Part shown: positions 1 through 10,436 of the stretch, piece after piece
Numbering within the stretch: the stretch's first letter is position 1
Layout of the letters: each line of letters starts with the position of its first letter
Source: Carpediemonas membranifera BICM
Lineage: Eukaryota > Protista > Fornicata
Reading direction: 5' to 3'
NCBI GenBank assembly: GCA_019828565.1
Contig: JAHDYR010000016.1
Span: 62,001-126,000, forward strand
Length of the DNA: 64,000 bases
Made by a program: the position numbers and the translations under genes
The notes under the pieces: generated by a model
The model's input: only the letters and a program-made list of their open reading frames with translations
Told to the model about the DNA's origin: nothing
Database searches by the model: none

Positions 1-30
1 GAATGAATGAACGAACGAACGAATGAATGA
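1..30 (+). repeat. Short (GAAY)n tetranucleotide microsatellite
   Basis: GAATGAATGAACGAACGAACGAATGAATGA at the window edge. Confidence 0.6.
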
Positions 31-50
31 GGACTGACAAGAACTCGCCC

Positions 51-971
51 TCACAGCACATGTCTGCCGCTGGTCAGACACACCAGCGCCCTCAGTCGGG
101 CGAACAACGGATCGACCACTCCCTGCATCGCCTCCACACCGGGCACCGGGTCCTCATGCACCGCCAGGGCCCTCAGCACGGCCGCCCTGCGCTCGACCAG
201 CGGTTGTCTGTCGGTGATCTCCATCTCCACCTCGTAGTGCGGGTCGTCCCAATGTTCAGCGACAGTCTTGTCTCGCGTCTCCGGCACCCAATCCTTGACA
301 AGCGAGAGGTCCCACACAACGTCGCCGTCACGGTACGAATACCGCTCCTTGTGCCGCTTCTCTACCACCTTGGCCTTCTGATCCGGACTGAAGCACTCCT
401 CTTCAATGGACGCGCTGATCCTCAGGTCGTACTTAAAGTGCGGCATGGAGACTGTGAGAGAGTCAATGCGGACCTTCCGCATTGTCTCGAAGCTGGTGGA
501 CTGCAACTGATTCTGGTCCGGTGGCCCCAGCTCTGTGATACGGCTGACACGAATATGGTCGGTCCCGTCGGGGTCCTCGTAGAAAGAGTCGACTATCTCA
601 CGGGGTGGGACGAGCTCAATCTTATTGGTAAAGTCGGCGAGCTTGCCGGTCTCTAGCTGGTTGGATAGCAGGAGGAGGATGCCGTTGAGCGTCTTGAAGT
701 CGGACAAGTCGATGGAGGTGTCGAAATAGCAACGCGTGTCGCTGATGATGGATTCGTCGGAGGTAGTCTCATTCAGGAAACGAGGAAGCGGAGTCGATGG
801 CTCAATATCATGCAGCTCCTCCCACTCGCCCTTGATTAATCCGGTCATTTCAGTTTTCTTCCAGCGGAGGATACCTAGCTTCGCCTCAATCTCACAGTCG
901 TCTATATTGGCATATTTGTATAGGAAATTGGCTATCTCTCGGTAGATAGGGTCGAATACAAGCCGGTTCAT
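51..971 (-). CDS. CET1: Cet1-like mRNA 5'-triphosphatase (CYTH / triphosphate tunnel metalloenzyme)
   Basis: Motif A EIEAKLG, DLRISASIE, RHKERYSY, WDLSLV, motif C YEVEMEI. Confidence 0.8.
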   Translation of the reverse strand: MNRLVFDPIYREIANFLYKYANIDDCEIEAKLGILRWKKTEMTGLIKGEWEELHDIEPSTPLPRFLNETTSDESIISDTRCYFDTSIDLSDFKTLNGILLLLSNQLETGKLADFTNKIELVPPREIVDSFYEDPDGTDHIRVSRITELGPPDQNQLQSTSFETMRKVRIDSLTVSMPHFKYDLRISASIEEECFSPDQKAKVVEKRHKERYSYRDGDVVWDLSLVKDWVPETRDKTVAEHWDDPHYEVEMEITDRQPLVERRAAVLRALAVHEDPVPGVEAMQGVVDPLFARLRALVCLTSGRHVL

Positions 972-1148
972 GAAGAAGCGTTGGACGTGCAGTTTATGTA
1001 ATTTGTGCCCAGGCCACTCAAAATGCCAGGAAATGCACTATTAAGATGATAAATCGGGTGCCCAGTGCTCGTTATGCATCAGTTCGTCTGGATTTGACCC
1101 TCGATCTTTTTTTCGCAGAAGTGAACGCCTTTCGTCAAACAAAGAGAT

Positions 1149-3458
1149 ATGGCCAGCTCTTGCTTCGCCGGTGCGCTTGACTTGTTCACGAATGAGTATC
1201 CCCTCCGCCTTGAGGTCGAGGAGGGCGATAAGAAGCCCGTTGTGACTCTGAAGAGTTCCGACGTCTCTCGGCAGTTCGGCATGGTTCTCAAGGACAGTGG
1301 CCGCTTTGTCTTCCCCGGTTTCGAGATCTACGGCGGTTGCGCTGGTCTGTACGACCTTGGCTACGTCGGCACAATGCTGGAGACCAACATTCTTTCCCTC
1401 TGGCGCGACCACTTTGTGAAGCACGAGGGCATGTTCGAAATCAAGTCCACCAGCATCACCCCCCGCCCCGTATTTGTGGCGTCCGGCCACGCTACGAAGT
1501 TCCACGACGTCATGGCGCAGGACTCCAAGACGGAGACTTTCTATCGTATGGACCAGGAGATCGAGAAGTACTGCGATCGCGTCGTAGAGGAGTGCCAGGC
1601 CAAGCTCGATAACCCCAAGACCCCTCTTGAGGACGAGAAGCGCCAGGAGATTGAGGCCAAGGTCGCCCGGCTTGGCAAGATCCGCAACATGGTCGACGGC
1701 ATGACCTGCGCCGAGATCCAGAAGATCATGGACGAGCTCCAGCTGCTCTCCCCCGAGGGCAATGCTTTCCTCCCCGCCGAGGACCACAACCTGATGTTCG
1801 GCGTCCGTATCGGTCCCACTGCCAAGGACGTCAACGGCTACCTTAGACCCGAGCTCGCCCAGGGCATCTTCGTCAACTTCCTCAACATCAAGTCCGCTGC
1901 CAACGAGAAGCTCCCATTTGCCGGTGCGACGGTCGGTCTCGCATACCGTAACGAGATCGCCCCCCGCGGCGGCCTCCTTCGAGTCCGAGAGTTCACCCTC
2001 GCCGAGATCGAGCACTTCTTCGACCCCCTGGATAACACGCACCCCGGCTTTGACGAGATCAAGGACGTCGAGCTTTCGATGTGGTCCTCTCCTCTCCAGA
2101 TGACCATGGCCGAGCCCGTCACGATCACTGCCGCACAGGCCCTCGAGGGCGTGGAAGTGACAAACGGCGATGGTACCAAGTCAACGCTGAAGATCGACAA
2201 CGCCACCCACGTCTACTTCATCGCTCGTGTCCAACTCTTCCTCGAGTCCCTCGGCATCGGTTCGGAGTTCATCCGGTTCCGCCAGCACCTGCCGCACCAG
2301 ATGGCCCACTACGCCACTGACTGCTGGGACGGGGAGATTTACATGGCGTCGGGCTGGGTCGAGTGCATCGGTCTCGCCAACAGATCAGCCAACGACCTCA
2401 AGTGGCACGCGGACGCCACCAAGACCAAGCTCGAGATGTTCAGGCCCTACGCTGAGCCCAAGACGGTCCACTACACCCGTGCTCTCCCCATCAAGGCTGT
2501 CATTGGAAAGATGTACCGCAGGGAGGCCGGCATCGAGAAGAAGTTGAACCCCAAGGAGGTCATCGGGTTCTTCGAGGGCGTCTCGACTGATGAGGCACAG
2601 GCTCTGAGGGCGTCCATCTCGGACGGTAAGCTCACTGTCACCATCAACGGCGTCGAGGAGACCGTGGCGGCCAAGGCGGACTTCAAGGACGTCACCAAAA
2701 AGGACAAGGAGACTGTGGTGGCCTTCCAGGACGTCACTGAGCTCGTGCATGGCGAGTACTTTACCCCCAACGTCATTGAGCCTTCATTCGGGGTCGGCCG
2801 TATCCTCAGCGCAGTCATGGAGCATGCATACAAGATCCGCGTCCCCCACGGCACCAGCATCCTTGCTGGCCCCACGGACCCCGTCGATAAGAAGGCCAAG
2901 AAGGTCAAGCTCGACGATCACTTCGACATGAAGCGCTCCTTCTTCTCCTTCCCACCCGAGATCGCCCCGTACAAGGTCTGCATTGTAGACCTGCTCGCCC
3001 TGCCCAAGATCGACACCACCGCCACCCCCGAGGAGCAGGCTGCCCTCAACACGCGCAGGGATGGCATGAACGCCGTCCCCCGCCGTGTGGCCCGTGGTCT
3101 GAAGGGCGCCGGCATCGCCCACGTGCTCGACAACACCAGCATCTCCATCGGCCGGCGGTATGCCCGTAACGACGCCATCGGCATCCCCTTCGCCGTCACT
3201 GTCGACGGCGACACGGTCGACTCCGACTCTTCCATGTTCGCCACCGTCACCGTCCGTGAGCGTGACTCCGGCGAGCAGATCCGGGTCCCCCTCGCTGAGG
3301 ATGCCGCTGCGGCAATCACCACTCTTCTTGAGACCGGCAAGGGCGCCATGCCCTCGTCTGCTCTGACCGGCCTCCTCGTCGACCTCACGGAGGGCCGCCG
3401 TAGCTGGGCTGAGGTCCGCGAGCAGTACGGCCTGTGGAGTGCGGGCCAGCAGGAGTAA
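1149..3458 (+). CDS. GARS1: Glycyl-tRNA synthetase, eukaryotic homodimeric type
   Basis: FEIYGG, GYLRPELAQGIF, RNEIAPRGGLLRVREFTLAEIEHF, VIEPSFGVGR, anticodon-domain IGRRYAR. Confidence 0.97.
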   Translation: MASSCFAGALDLFTNEYPLRLEVEEGDKKPVVTLKSSDVSRQFGMVLKDSGRFVFPGFEIYGGCAGLYDLGYVGTMLETNILSLWRDHFVKHEGMFEIKSTSITPRPVFVASGHATKFHDVMAQDSKTETFYRMDQEIEKYCDRVVEECQAKLDNPKTPLEDEKRQEIEAKVARLGKIRNMVDGMTCAEIQKIMDELQLLSPEGNAFLPAEDHNLMFGVRIGPTAKDVNGYLRPELAQGIFVNFLNIKSAANEKLPFAGATVGLAYRNEIAPRGGLLRVREFTLAEIEHFFDPLDNTHPGFDEIKDVELSMWSSPLQMTMAEPVTITAAQALEGVEVTNGDGTKSTLKIDNATHVYFIARVQLFLESLGIGSEFIRFRQHLPHQMAHYATDCWDGEIYMASGWVECIGLANRSANDLKWHADATKTKLEMFRPYAEPKTVHYTRALPIKAVIGKMYRREAGIEKKLNPKEVIGFFEGVSTDEAQALRASISDGKLTVTINGVEETVAAKADFKDVTKKDKETVVAFQDVTELVHGEYFTPNVIEPSFGVGRILSAVMEHAYKIRVPHGTSILAGPTDPVDKKAKKVKLDDHFDMKRSFFSFPPEIAPYKVCIVDLLALPKIDTTATPEEQAALNTRRDGMNAVPRRVARGLKGAGIAHVLDNTSISIGRRYARNDAIGIPFAVTVDGDTVDSDSSMFATVTVRERDSGEQIRVPLAEDAAAAITTLLETGKGAMPSSALTGLLVDLTEGRRSWAEVREQYGLWSAGQQE

Positions 3459-3684
3459 TAGCAATAAATTGCAGAGGATAGTGTGCTGCTAAACCTGCGG
3501 AGACCTAAAAGCAAAGGCAATCGCTACTCTGGTCGGCAGATCGCTACCGCCAACAGTATGAGTAGTGGCAGGCTATTATCGGTCATCGATTACTGTTTCT
3601 GGCGTCAAATAGAAGGTGCATTTTAACCACTTTTTTTCATGGCACAAAAAAAGTAGGCTGCGCTCCCTTCGTTCCACATCCCAA

Positions 3685-4108
3685 ATGGTTTGTTTCAAGT
3701 TCTTTTACCGTTATATAGGCTTTCAAGCGTTTCGTTCAGGTTGGTCGCCTCTGTGTTGTGAACTATGGTGCCGAGGTTGGCAAGCTTTGCGTGATTGTTG
3801 ATATTGTCGATGCTTCCCGCGTTATTGTTGACGGCCCCACCACTGGCTTCGAGCGCAAGGTGATGTCTCTCAAGGCCCTTTCCCTCACCAAGGTTGTCGC
3901 CGACGTTTCCCGTGGTATCCGCCAGCAGAAGCTCGCCAAGGCCCTCGAGGAGCAGAAGGTGATCGAGAAGTTCAACGAGTCCACCTGGGGCCAGAAGAAG
4001 CTCGCCGCCGCCAAGCGTGCCTCCCTCAACGACTTTGATCGCTTCAAGGTCATGCTCCTTAAGAAGGAGCGTTCCCTCGCCATCAAGAAGGCCATCAAGG
4101 CTATGTAA
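3685..4108 (+). CDS. RPL14: 60S ribosomal protein eL14; exons 3685-3687 and 3719-4108
   Basis: Removing a 31-nt GT..AG intron (3688-3718) gives MAFKRFVQVGRLCVVNYG..KLCVIVDIVD..LNDFDRFKVM. Confidence 0.95.
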
Positions 4109-4358
4109 AGGGGTTTATGCTGCATGTATTGCAGAGTTGATGGAACTGCGTGTGGATAGGCTGTTAGTGGGCCTGATGTGCTGATGAAGAAGTGATACTT
4201 GCATGATAGCATCTCACGCCAGACTATGCCCGGGTGAGATCGACAGGGTTGGACTGATCTCACAGCCCAGCGACCCAGAGCTGATGATGGCCCAGAGAGA
4301 TCTGAGATCGGGTGTGGAATGTGCAGTTTTGGATCATTTGAGTTCGATAGCTGCTCCC

Positions 4359-5456
4359 ATGTCGTTAAGCTCGGACATGACGACACGGGAACTCATTGTT
4401 TGGGTGTGTAGAACGCTACAGGAGACGGATAATCTCACCTTCTTGTTCTCACTCCTCGTAGCCGGTGGTATTCTCCTATACATCCCCGCATACTTCTCAG
4501 CGGCGAAGGATTACAGACAAAAGGCGTACTTTGCTCGTGTGAATCTCCTCATCATCATCTTCACGGTGATGCAGGTGATAGTCACGGTCGTGTGGCCGTT
4601 TTCCCAGGTCATGCTCATCCAGTTCCTCCTGTGCTCATTTGGTGTACCTTATAGCTGTTACCTGCCCAAAACCATCCCCTACATACTGTTCAATCAGGTC
4701 CGGGTCCGGCTGTACCCCTATCTCTCGGGCGTGTTCTTCTATGCATTCATCGGCTACACTTTTACGACCTCGATATTCTTCACAAGACTTGTACGCTGTA
4801 CCTCACTCGTCCAGGGTGCCGAGCTGACAGCCAAGAAGCGTCTGATCGTTCCTCTGTGGGAGCACGCGGTCGTCTGGTCGTTCGCCGTCATCCTCACGCT
4901 CATCAGAGTGACCGCCTCCGTACTCATCGAGCTTTCCTCCTTCGTCCTCCCGTCCCCCGCTGTGATGGTTCTCTCCTTCTTGAACGCCATGTTCCGCATG
5001 CTCGTGCTAGCTGTCGTGTTTGCCGCCGAGTGGGTCCTATTCGTCTTCGTCGTTAGGAGCATGCGGGACGCCTCGGCGGGTAACCGTAAGCGGCCAAACT
5101 ACACTGCCCTGCTTCTCTCATTCGTTCTTCCATTTACCTTTTACGTGATCTTCCTCGTTATTTACGTCGGCCTCTCTCTCGTGGTGTCCGTGCTCAACGT
5201 TGTCTACCTGATGAGCCCCTCTGTCCTGCTCGACACAGTCATCGTAGAAGTCCAGACGGTCGCCCACCTCACGTACTCGGTCGTCTCAGTCATTCTCTAC
5301 CTTCAGCAGGCAGTCATCGTCCTGTCCCACGTGGCTATGCTGGCCGGCGCCTCGATACGTCGGCGGAAGGCTGCGAGGAGGGAGAAGTCTGATGTCCCTC
5401 GTGGGATGGAGATGACGACGATGTACCGCAGCACCGCCGTGAACTATAGGATTTAG
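4359..5456 (+). CDS. Hypothetical polytopic membrane protein with about 7 TM helices
   Basis: Seven long hydrophobic segments and a basic C-terminal tail; start codon uncertain (4203, 4359 or 4377). Confidence 0.7.
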   Translation: MSLSSDMTTRELIVWVCRTLQETDNLTFLFSLLVAGGILLYIPAYFSAAKDYRQKAYFARVNLLIIIFTVMQVIVTVVWPFSQVMLIQFLLCSFGVPYSCYLPKTIPYILFNQVRVRLYPYLSGVFFYAFIGYTFTTSIFFTRLVRCTSLVQGAELTAKKRLIVPLWEHAVVWSFAVILTLIRVTASVLIELSSFVLPSPAVMVLSFLNAMFRMLVLAVVFAAEWVLFVFVVRSMRDASAGNRKRPNYTALLLSFVLPFTFYVIFLVIYVGLSLVVSVLNVVYLMSPSVLLDTVIVEVQTVAHLTYSVVSVILYLQQAVIVLSHVAMLAGASIRRRKAARREKSDVPRGMEMTTMYRSTAVNYRI

Positions 5457-5702
5457 TCTAGACTCCCGGACCTGTGTGCCCGTGGTGTGTTGCTGGCCAT
5501 GGTGTGCTGGCTGAGTAAATACTCGATGATGAGCTCGGTCCCCCTGGAGAGTTCAGGGGCTGTGCAGTAATTTCGACTTATGTCCCAGCCGAGGTATAAC
5601 GAGATAGGATCAGTGAGAGGTGTTGCGCAGTAGTATAAACACATTTTTCGAACCTTCAATAGCACAAGAGGGCAGTTCGTAACCTGCGTTTTTCGGAACA
5701 AA

Positions 5703-6689
5703 ATGGTCGAGGAGAACCAGGCAGCGGAGGCCCATACGCTGGATAGATACGGTTTCATTGTTAGCAGTGATGAACATGGGCCTCTTAGGCAGCCAACACG
5801 CCAATCTATTGAGAAGGAGCACGAACGCATCCAAAAATGGACCTGGATGCTCAACCACTGGCAGGGGTTTCACCATACACGAAAATTCAGACAAAGAGTG
5901 CGCAAGGGCATCCCCGAGCAGTTCCGTGGTGTTGTGTGGCAAAAGCTGCTCGCCTCCAGGGTGCTGTACGAGCACCATGAGCTCGAGAACCCGTTCAAGA
6001 GCGTCTACAGTGCCCTGTTGACCCAGACAAACGAGGAGGCGGCAATCACAATCGAGAAGGACATCACGCGCACTTTCCCATCTCACGCCATGTTCCGCAG
6101 CGACAACACGGCGGGCAAGGACGCGCTCGAGCACAACCTCAACGCCTTCGCATGCTATAAGCCAGAGGTTGGGTATTGCCAGGGTATGGGCTTCATTGAC
6201 GGCGTGCTCCTCATGTACATGTCCGAGAAGGAGGCCTTCTGGGCCCTGCGCCAGATAGTCGTCGATAGGATGCCTGGCATCTTCAACACAGGCTTCCCTA
6301 TGCTCCAGGTGCGCTTCAAGCAGTGGAACAAGCTCTTGAGCAAGCGGGAGCCGGCCATCTTCAAGGCCTTGGCCCGGCATAACATCGACGCGTCCTTTTA
6401 CACGACCCAGTGGTTCATGACGCTCTTCATATACGCTGCCCCGTTCGAGGTGGCCGTGCGGATCTTCGATTGCTTCTGCTGCGAGGGCGTCAAGATCGTC
6501 TTCCGTGTGGGCCTGACCTACATTGCTGCTCTGAAGAAGACCATTCTTAAGGCCCCGTTTGAGCAGGTCATGGTCGCCATCCAGCGAACACCTCTGACGC
6601 TGGAGTTGTTTGAGTCGGCGATTGACCTGAAGTTGAAGTCTGCCGAGTTTGCTCTTCCAGACGAGGGAAGGAAGGTCATGGTCAGGTGA
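5703..6689 (+). CDS. TBC-domain Rab GTPase-activating protein
   Basis: DRYGF, RVRKGIP, IEKDITRTFP (R finger), GYCQGM (Q finger). Confidence 0.95.
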   Translation: MVEENQAAEAHTLDRYGFIVSSDEHGPLRQPTRQSIEKEHERIQKWTWMLNHWQGFHHTRKFRQRVRKGIPEQFRGVVWQKLLASRVLYEHHELENPFKSVYSALLTQTNEEAAITIEKDITRTFPSHAMFRSDNTAGKDALEHNLNAFACYKPEVGYCQGMGFIDGVLLMYMSEKEAFWALRQIVVDRMPGIFNTGFPMLQVRFKQWNKLLSKREPAIFKALARHNIDASFYTTQWFMTLFIYAAPFEVAVRIFDCFCCEGVKIVFRVGLTYIAALKKTILKAPFEQVMVAIQRTPLTLELFESAIDLKLKSAEFALPDEGRKVMVR

Positions 6690-6834
6690 GCGAGGGATAG
6701 GTTGTAGATAGTGTAAAGCAGGCAGCGCCGCGTTGTCATCGCTGTGATTGTGGCGTGCGACGTTTCTAGACTTCGCAGGCTACGCGGCAAAAGTGAAGCG
6801 CTCATTCTTGACGGCGCAAAGGACGTGACAGCGG

Positions 6835-7389
6835 ATGGAGTCGTCAATACCTCAATGTACACAGGATAACACACAGGTGGCAGCTGTGTCGGACGCCAAA
6901 GTTTTCGGGAGCTTGCCCCCGATTGTGAATTTCGGCGATGCAACGACACAGCCAGCAAAACCAGTTCCCCCAATACAGAAGAAGAAGCATAAGCGTGTAG
7001 TTACCGGCAAGCGAGGTGTAGCGTTCTCCCCGTACCAAATCAGCGTCCTCGTCCACTGCTTCCAAGAACAATCCTACCCCTCCAGAGATGAGTTCGACAA
7101 CCTTGCACGCTATATCGGGCTAGACACAGACAGGGTCCGCGGCTGGTTCCAGAACTCCCGCACCAGAGGTGTCCCCTCCAAGGCAAAGGTCAATGAGGTC
7201 TCCATCCCCGCCCAGGCAATCATGGACGGCCTGGCGACTAGGGGGACCATCATGCCCTTGCCCGACCATCCTGTCGTGGGTCTGCCGCGCGTGAGGACAT
7301 CTGACAAGAGTTGCCAGTGCACAAACCTGCCGCTTGACGTGCAGGATCTGTACTTCACCGGGGCCTTTGACGAGCTGCTGGAGCGGTAG
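6835..7389 (+). CDS. Homeodomain protein
   Basis: FSPYQISVLVHCF..YPSRDEFDNLARYIGLDTDRVRGWFQNSR; helix-3 WFQNxR signature. Confidence 0.85.
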   Translation: MESSIPQCTQDNTQVAAVSDAKVFGSLPPIVNFGDATTQPAKPVPPIQKKKHKRVVTGKRGVAFSPYQISVLVHCFQEQSYPSRDEFDNLARYIGLDTDRVRGWFQNSRTRGVPSKAKVNEVSIPAQAIMDGLATRGTIMPLPDHPVVGLPRVRTSDKSCQCTNLPLDVQDLYFTGAFDELLER

Positions 7390-7500
7390 GAGTCTGGGTA
7401 TAGTGGCCACTGGCACAATCAGTTGCCCGAAGCGGCATGTATTAAATAGCAGTTCACAGCAGGTGTCTAGGGCGGCGTCTGAATAGGTGGGCTAGGCTCG

Positions 7501-9039
7501 ATGGAACAGTCCGTGCTAAGCAGCCCCGATGAATCTGGAGCACCGTCCTTTGCCTGCGAAAAACGGGCACGACGAAATCCGATGGGCGCAGGTGCTGGAC
7601 GCCCACGGGAGAAATATGAGACGCAAGATGATGGAAATGGGCCAGGGGAGGACCCCAACACGATCCTGATGACGGACACAGCACCACATCCACCAAAGGG
7701 CCCCAAATCCAGGGTTAAGAGGCGCATCGAGCAGAAATTAGGGAAACACACCAGTCACGACAGCTCTCACTTCCAGTGCCACGACAACTACTACCGTGAC
7801 GACCGCGATAGCCGGGAGCAAACGCTCCTAGACATTGTGAATCCCCTTCGTCGGCCGCCGATCACCCGCTGGCAGCTCGCCAGCCTCATCGGCCAGGGGG
7901 CGTTCGGGGCGGTGTACCTGGGTATGAACCAGGACACCGGGAGCCTCATGGCGGTGAAGCAGGTGGTGTTCAATGGAGAGGAGTGTGAAGAGGTCGCCGC
8001 ATTCGAGTACGAGATCGGGCTCATGCAGAACCTCAACCACCGCAACATCGTCAAGTACCTCGGCTTCGACCGGACCGAGACGACGCTCAACATCTTCATG
8101 GAGCTCGTTCCCGGCGGTAGTATGTCGGCCTTCGTGTCACCCAAGAAGTTTGGGCCGCTCCAGGAGAGCCTTATCCGGATCTACACGAAGCAGATCCTGC
8201 TGGGGCTCAAGTATCTGCATGACCACCAGATCATCCACCGCGACATCAAGGGCGCTAACATCCTCGTCAGCAGCAACGGCGTCATTAAGCTGGCTGACTT
8301 CGGAGCGTCTAAGAAGCTGTCGACAATCGCCACGAAGAGGGACGACAAGGCCTCGTTGAAGGGCACGCCCTACTTCATCGCCCCCGAGGCCGTCACCGAT
8401 CCCCAGCACGTCGGCCGGCAGAGCGACATATGGAGCGTCGGGTGCTGCATCATCGAGATGGCCACGGGCAAACCGCCGTACTACGATGAACACGAGAACG
8501 CGTCCTTGGCCGCGGTGTTGTTCAAGATCGCGTCCCTCAAGACCGGCCCCGACCCTCCCGACTACTTCACCCCAGAGGGCAAGGCCTTCCTCAAGAAGTG
8601 CTTCCAGCTCGACCCCGCGAACAGGCCGACCGCTAAGGCGCTGCTCGCGGACGTCTGGCTCAGAGGCGTGCCTGTTCCCGAGGGAGACCCCGAACCCGCC
8701 GTGGTGGCCGAGAATCAGGCAGAAGTCGACCTACCTGGGCCCGCCTTCGACTTCACCGACTGTGGGGTGACCGAGCTCGATGAGTCGACCGACGGCAGCC
8801 TCAAGGGCAGCCTGACGGACACCCTGGGGCTGACGGAGTTCAACCCCGTGACCGAGCCGAGCTACCAGGTCGACATCAGGGTCAAGTTCGATGCTGTCGA
8901 CTCGCCCGCGGCCGGGCCTGGAGGGCGGCCTCGGGACGACAGCGACATCTTCGGCGGAGGGGAGAAGCTCATCCATAACTTGACTGCCGAACTCAGCGAC
9001 GAGAGGTGGAGCCAGCTGCGGGAGGAGGCAGGCACATGA
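7501..9039 (+). CDS. STE11/NPK1-like MAP kinase kinase kinase
   Basis: IGQGAFGAVYLG, MAVKQV, HRDIKGANIL, DFG, GTPYFIAPE; true start may be a downstream ATG. Confidence 0.92.
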   Translation: MEQSVLSSPDESGAPSFACEKRARRNPMGAGAGRPREKYETQDDGNGPGEDPNTILMTDTAPHPPKGPKSRVKRRIEQKLGKHTSHDSSHFQCHDNYYRDDRDSREQTLLDIVNPLRRPPITRWQLASLIGQGAFGAVYLGMNQDTGSLMAVKQVVFNGEECEEVAAFEYEIGLMQNLNHRNIVKYLGFDRTETTLNIFMELVPGGSMSAFVSPKKFGPLQESLIRIYTKQILLGLKYLHDHQIIHRDIKGANILVSSNGVIKLADFGASKKLSTIATKRDDKASLKGTPYFIAPEAVTDPQHVGRQSDIWSVGCCIIEMATGKPPYYDEHENASLAAVLFKIASLKTGPDPPDYFTPEGKAFLKKCFQLDPANRPTAKALLADVWLRGVPVPEGDPEPAVVAENQAEVDLPGPAFDFTDCGVTELDESTDGSLKGSLTDTLGLTEFNPVTEPSYQVDIRVKFDAVDSPAAGPGGRPRDDSDIFGGGEKLIHNLTAELSDERWSQLREEAGT

Positions 9040-9221
9040 ACATAGCACTGCGAATAGAATACACACACTAATCTGATGATGAGGCAGACATAAAGCGGAC
9101 ACCTGCCATGCTTGTCTGGCCCCCAGCGACCAGGGGCATGGTCATGACCGGGTGTCATCGTTTTGGATGCTGGCGAGACTAAACTCCGGATCATTTCACA
9201 ACATTTAATGGAGGCATTGAA

Positions 9222-10436
9222 TTAAGCCAGCATGACCAGGGCGAGCAGGATGGCGAGCAGGCCAGCGCGGACCCAGGCGGCAGAGTCAGCGTAGTGGAAC
9301 TTCAGGATGGTGGTCTCGGTGTTGTCAGTCTCGCTGGACTTCATGTCAACGTACATGAGCACATCCTCGTAAACGCGGTTGATGCCCTCGATGTTATCCA
9401 GGGTGCCGTCGAGGCTGTAGCTGAAGCCACCCATCTCGGTGCCGTCGATGGGGTTGAGCTCGGCGTCGGTGAGGCTGGTGCCGTAAGTGAGCACCATGTT
9501 GTCGAGGGAGGTGCCGGTGGCCACCGTGGTGGTCAGAGCAACAACACCGTTGAGATGGTCGTCGGAGATGGAGATAGAGGCGCTGGGGACGTCGGTGTTC
9601 TCGTAGTACGCCTCGTGGGTCCAGACCCAAGTGTTGGAGTCAGCGTCGTAGTCGATGACGCCGTAGTGGACCTTGGTGTCGGAGACTTCCTTGGTCACCA
9701 TCAGCCTGCTCTCCATGTCGGTGATGTCGATCTCCTCGATGTCGGTGGTGGTGTAAGTAGAGACGATGGCCGAGAAGGCGGTGTTGACGCTGGTGATGGC
9801 GACAGTCTCAGAGCTATCGGACCCGACCGCGATCATCGAGACGCCGTTCTTGTTGTAGGGCAAGACACCAGAGTAGGTGTAGCCGGAGGTGCCGATGGAG
9901 ACGTTGGCCTGGAGCTCGAGGTTGAGGTTGTACTTGAGCATCTCAACCTGGGTGCAGACGTAGAGGTAGTCATCGAGGCAGAACATGGGCATGGACGACG
10001 TCCGGTCGGTGATGGTGGTCTCGGCGAGCTGGGTGCCGTCATAGTTGAGCGAGACAATCTTGTCCACAGCAGAGCGAGCGAAGACGTGAGCAGTGGCGGC
10101 AGCCTTGTCGGACTTCGTGTTGACGGCGCCCGTCATGGCGTTGTAAGCGTTGGAGATGACGACGGTCTTATCGACGTCGAGGACCTTGGTCTCGTCACTG
10201 TCGATGTCGTTGAAATTGGCAGAGTAGTAGTACATCGTGACATCGTTGGTGGCGATAGTTCGAACGCCCATCATCATCTCAAAAGCCTTGTGCTCGCTCC
10301 CGGTCGGAAAGAAGAAGTAGCTGAACTCGTCATCGCTGTAGGCGCTGGTGTCGCTGTTGACCATGTTGACTTGGGCAGTGCGGTAAGCAAGGACTGTAGC
10401 GAGCAGCAGGAAGAGGAGAAGGGCGCTTTTTGTCAT
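9222..10436 (-). CDS. Secreted/surface protein, putative GPI anchor, copy 1 (404 aa)
   Basis: Signal peptide MTKSALLLFLLLATVLA; S/T/D-rich; ends in a hydrophobic tail ADSAAWVRAGLLAILLALVMLA*; strong codon bias. Confidence 0.85.
   Translation of the reverse strand: MTKSALLLFLLLATVLAYRTAQVNMVNSDTSAYSDDEFSYFFFPTGSEHKAFEMMMGVRTIATNDVTMYYYSANFNDIDSDETKVLDVDKTVVISNAYNAMTGAVNTKSDKAAATAHVFARSAVDKIVSLNYDGTQLAETTITDRTSSMPMFCLDDYLYVCTQVEMLKYNLNLELQANVSIGTSGYTYSGVLPYNKNGVSMIAVGSDSSETVAITSVNTAFSAIVSTYTTTDIEEIDITDMESRLMVTKEVSDTKVHYGVIDYDADSNTWVWTHEAYYENTDVPSASISISDDHLNGVVALTTTVATGTSLDNMVLTYGTSLTDAELNPIDGTEMGGFSYSLDGTLDNIEGINRVYEDVLMYVDMKSSETDNTETTILKFHYADSAAWVRAGLLAILLALVMLA

Noticed and set aside
5703-6689. 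TBC protein as Bub2/Cdc16, the GAP for the nearby Spg1
   Set aside because: DRYGF and RVRKGIP features look like a generic Rab-GAP; proximity is not evidence in a eukaryote
9074-9122. ATGA..AAA..hairpin after the MAPKKK TGA stop, resembling a SECIS element
   Set aside because: No 3' GA to complete the non-Watson-Crick quartet and no evidence of a selenoprotein
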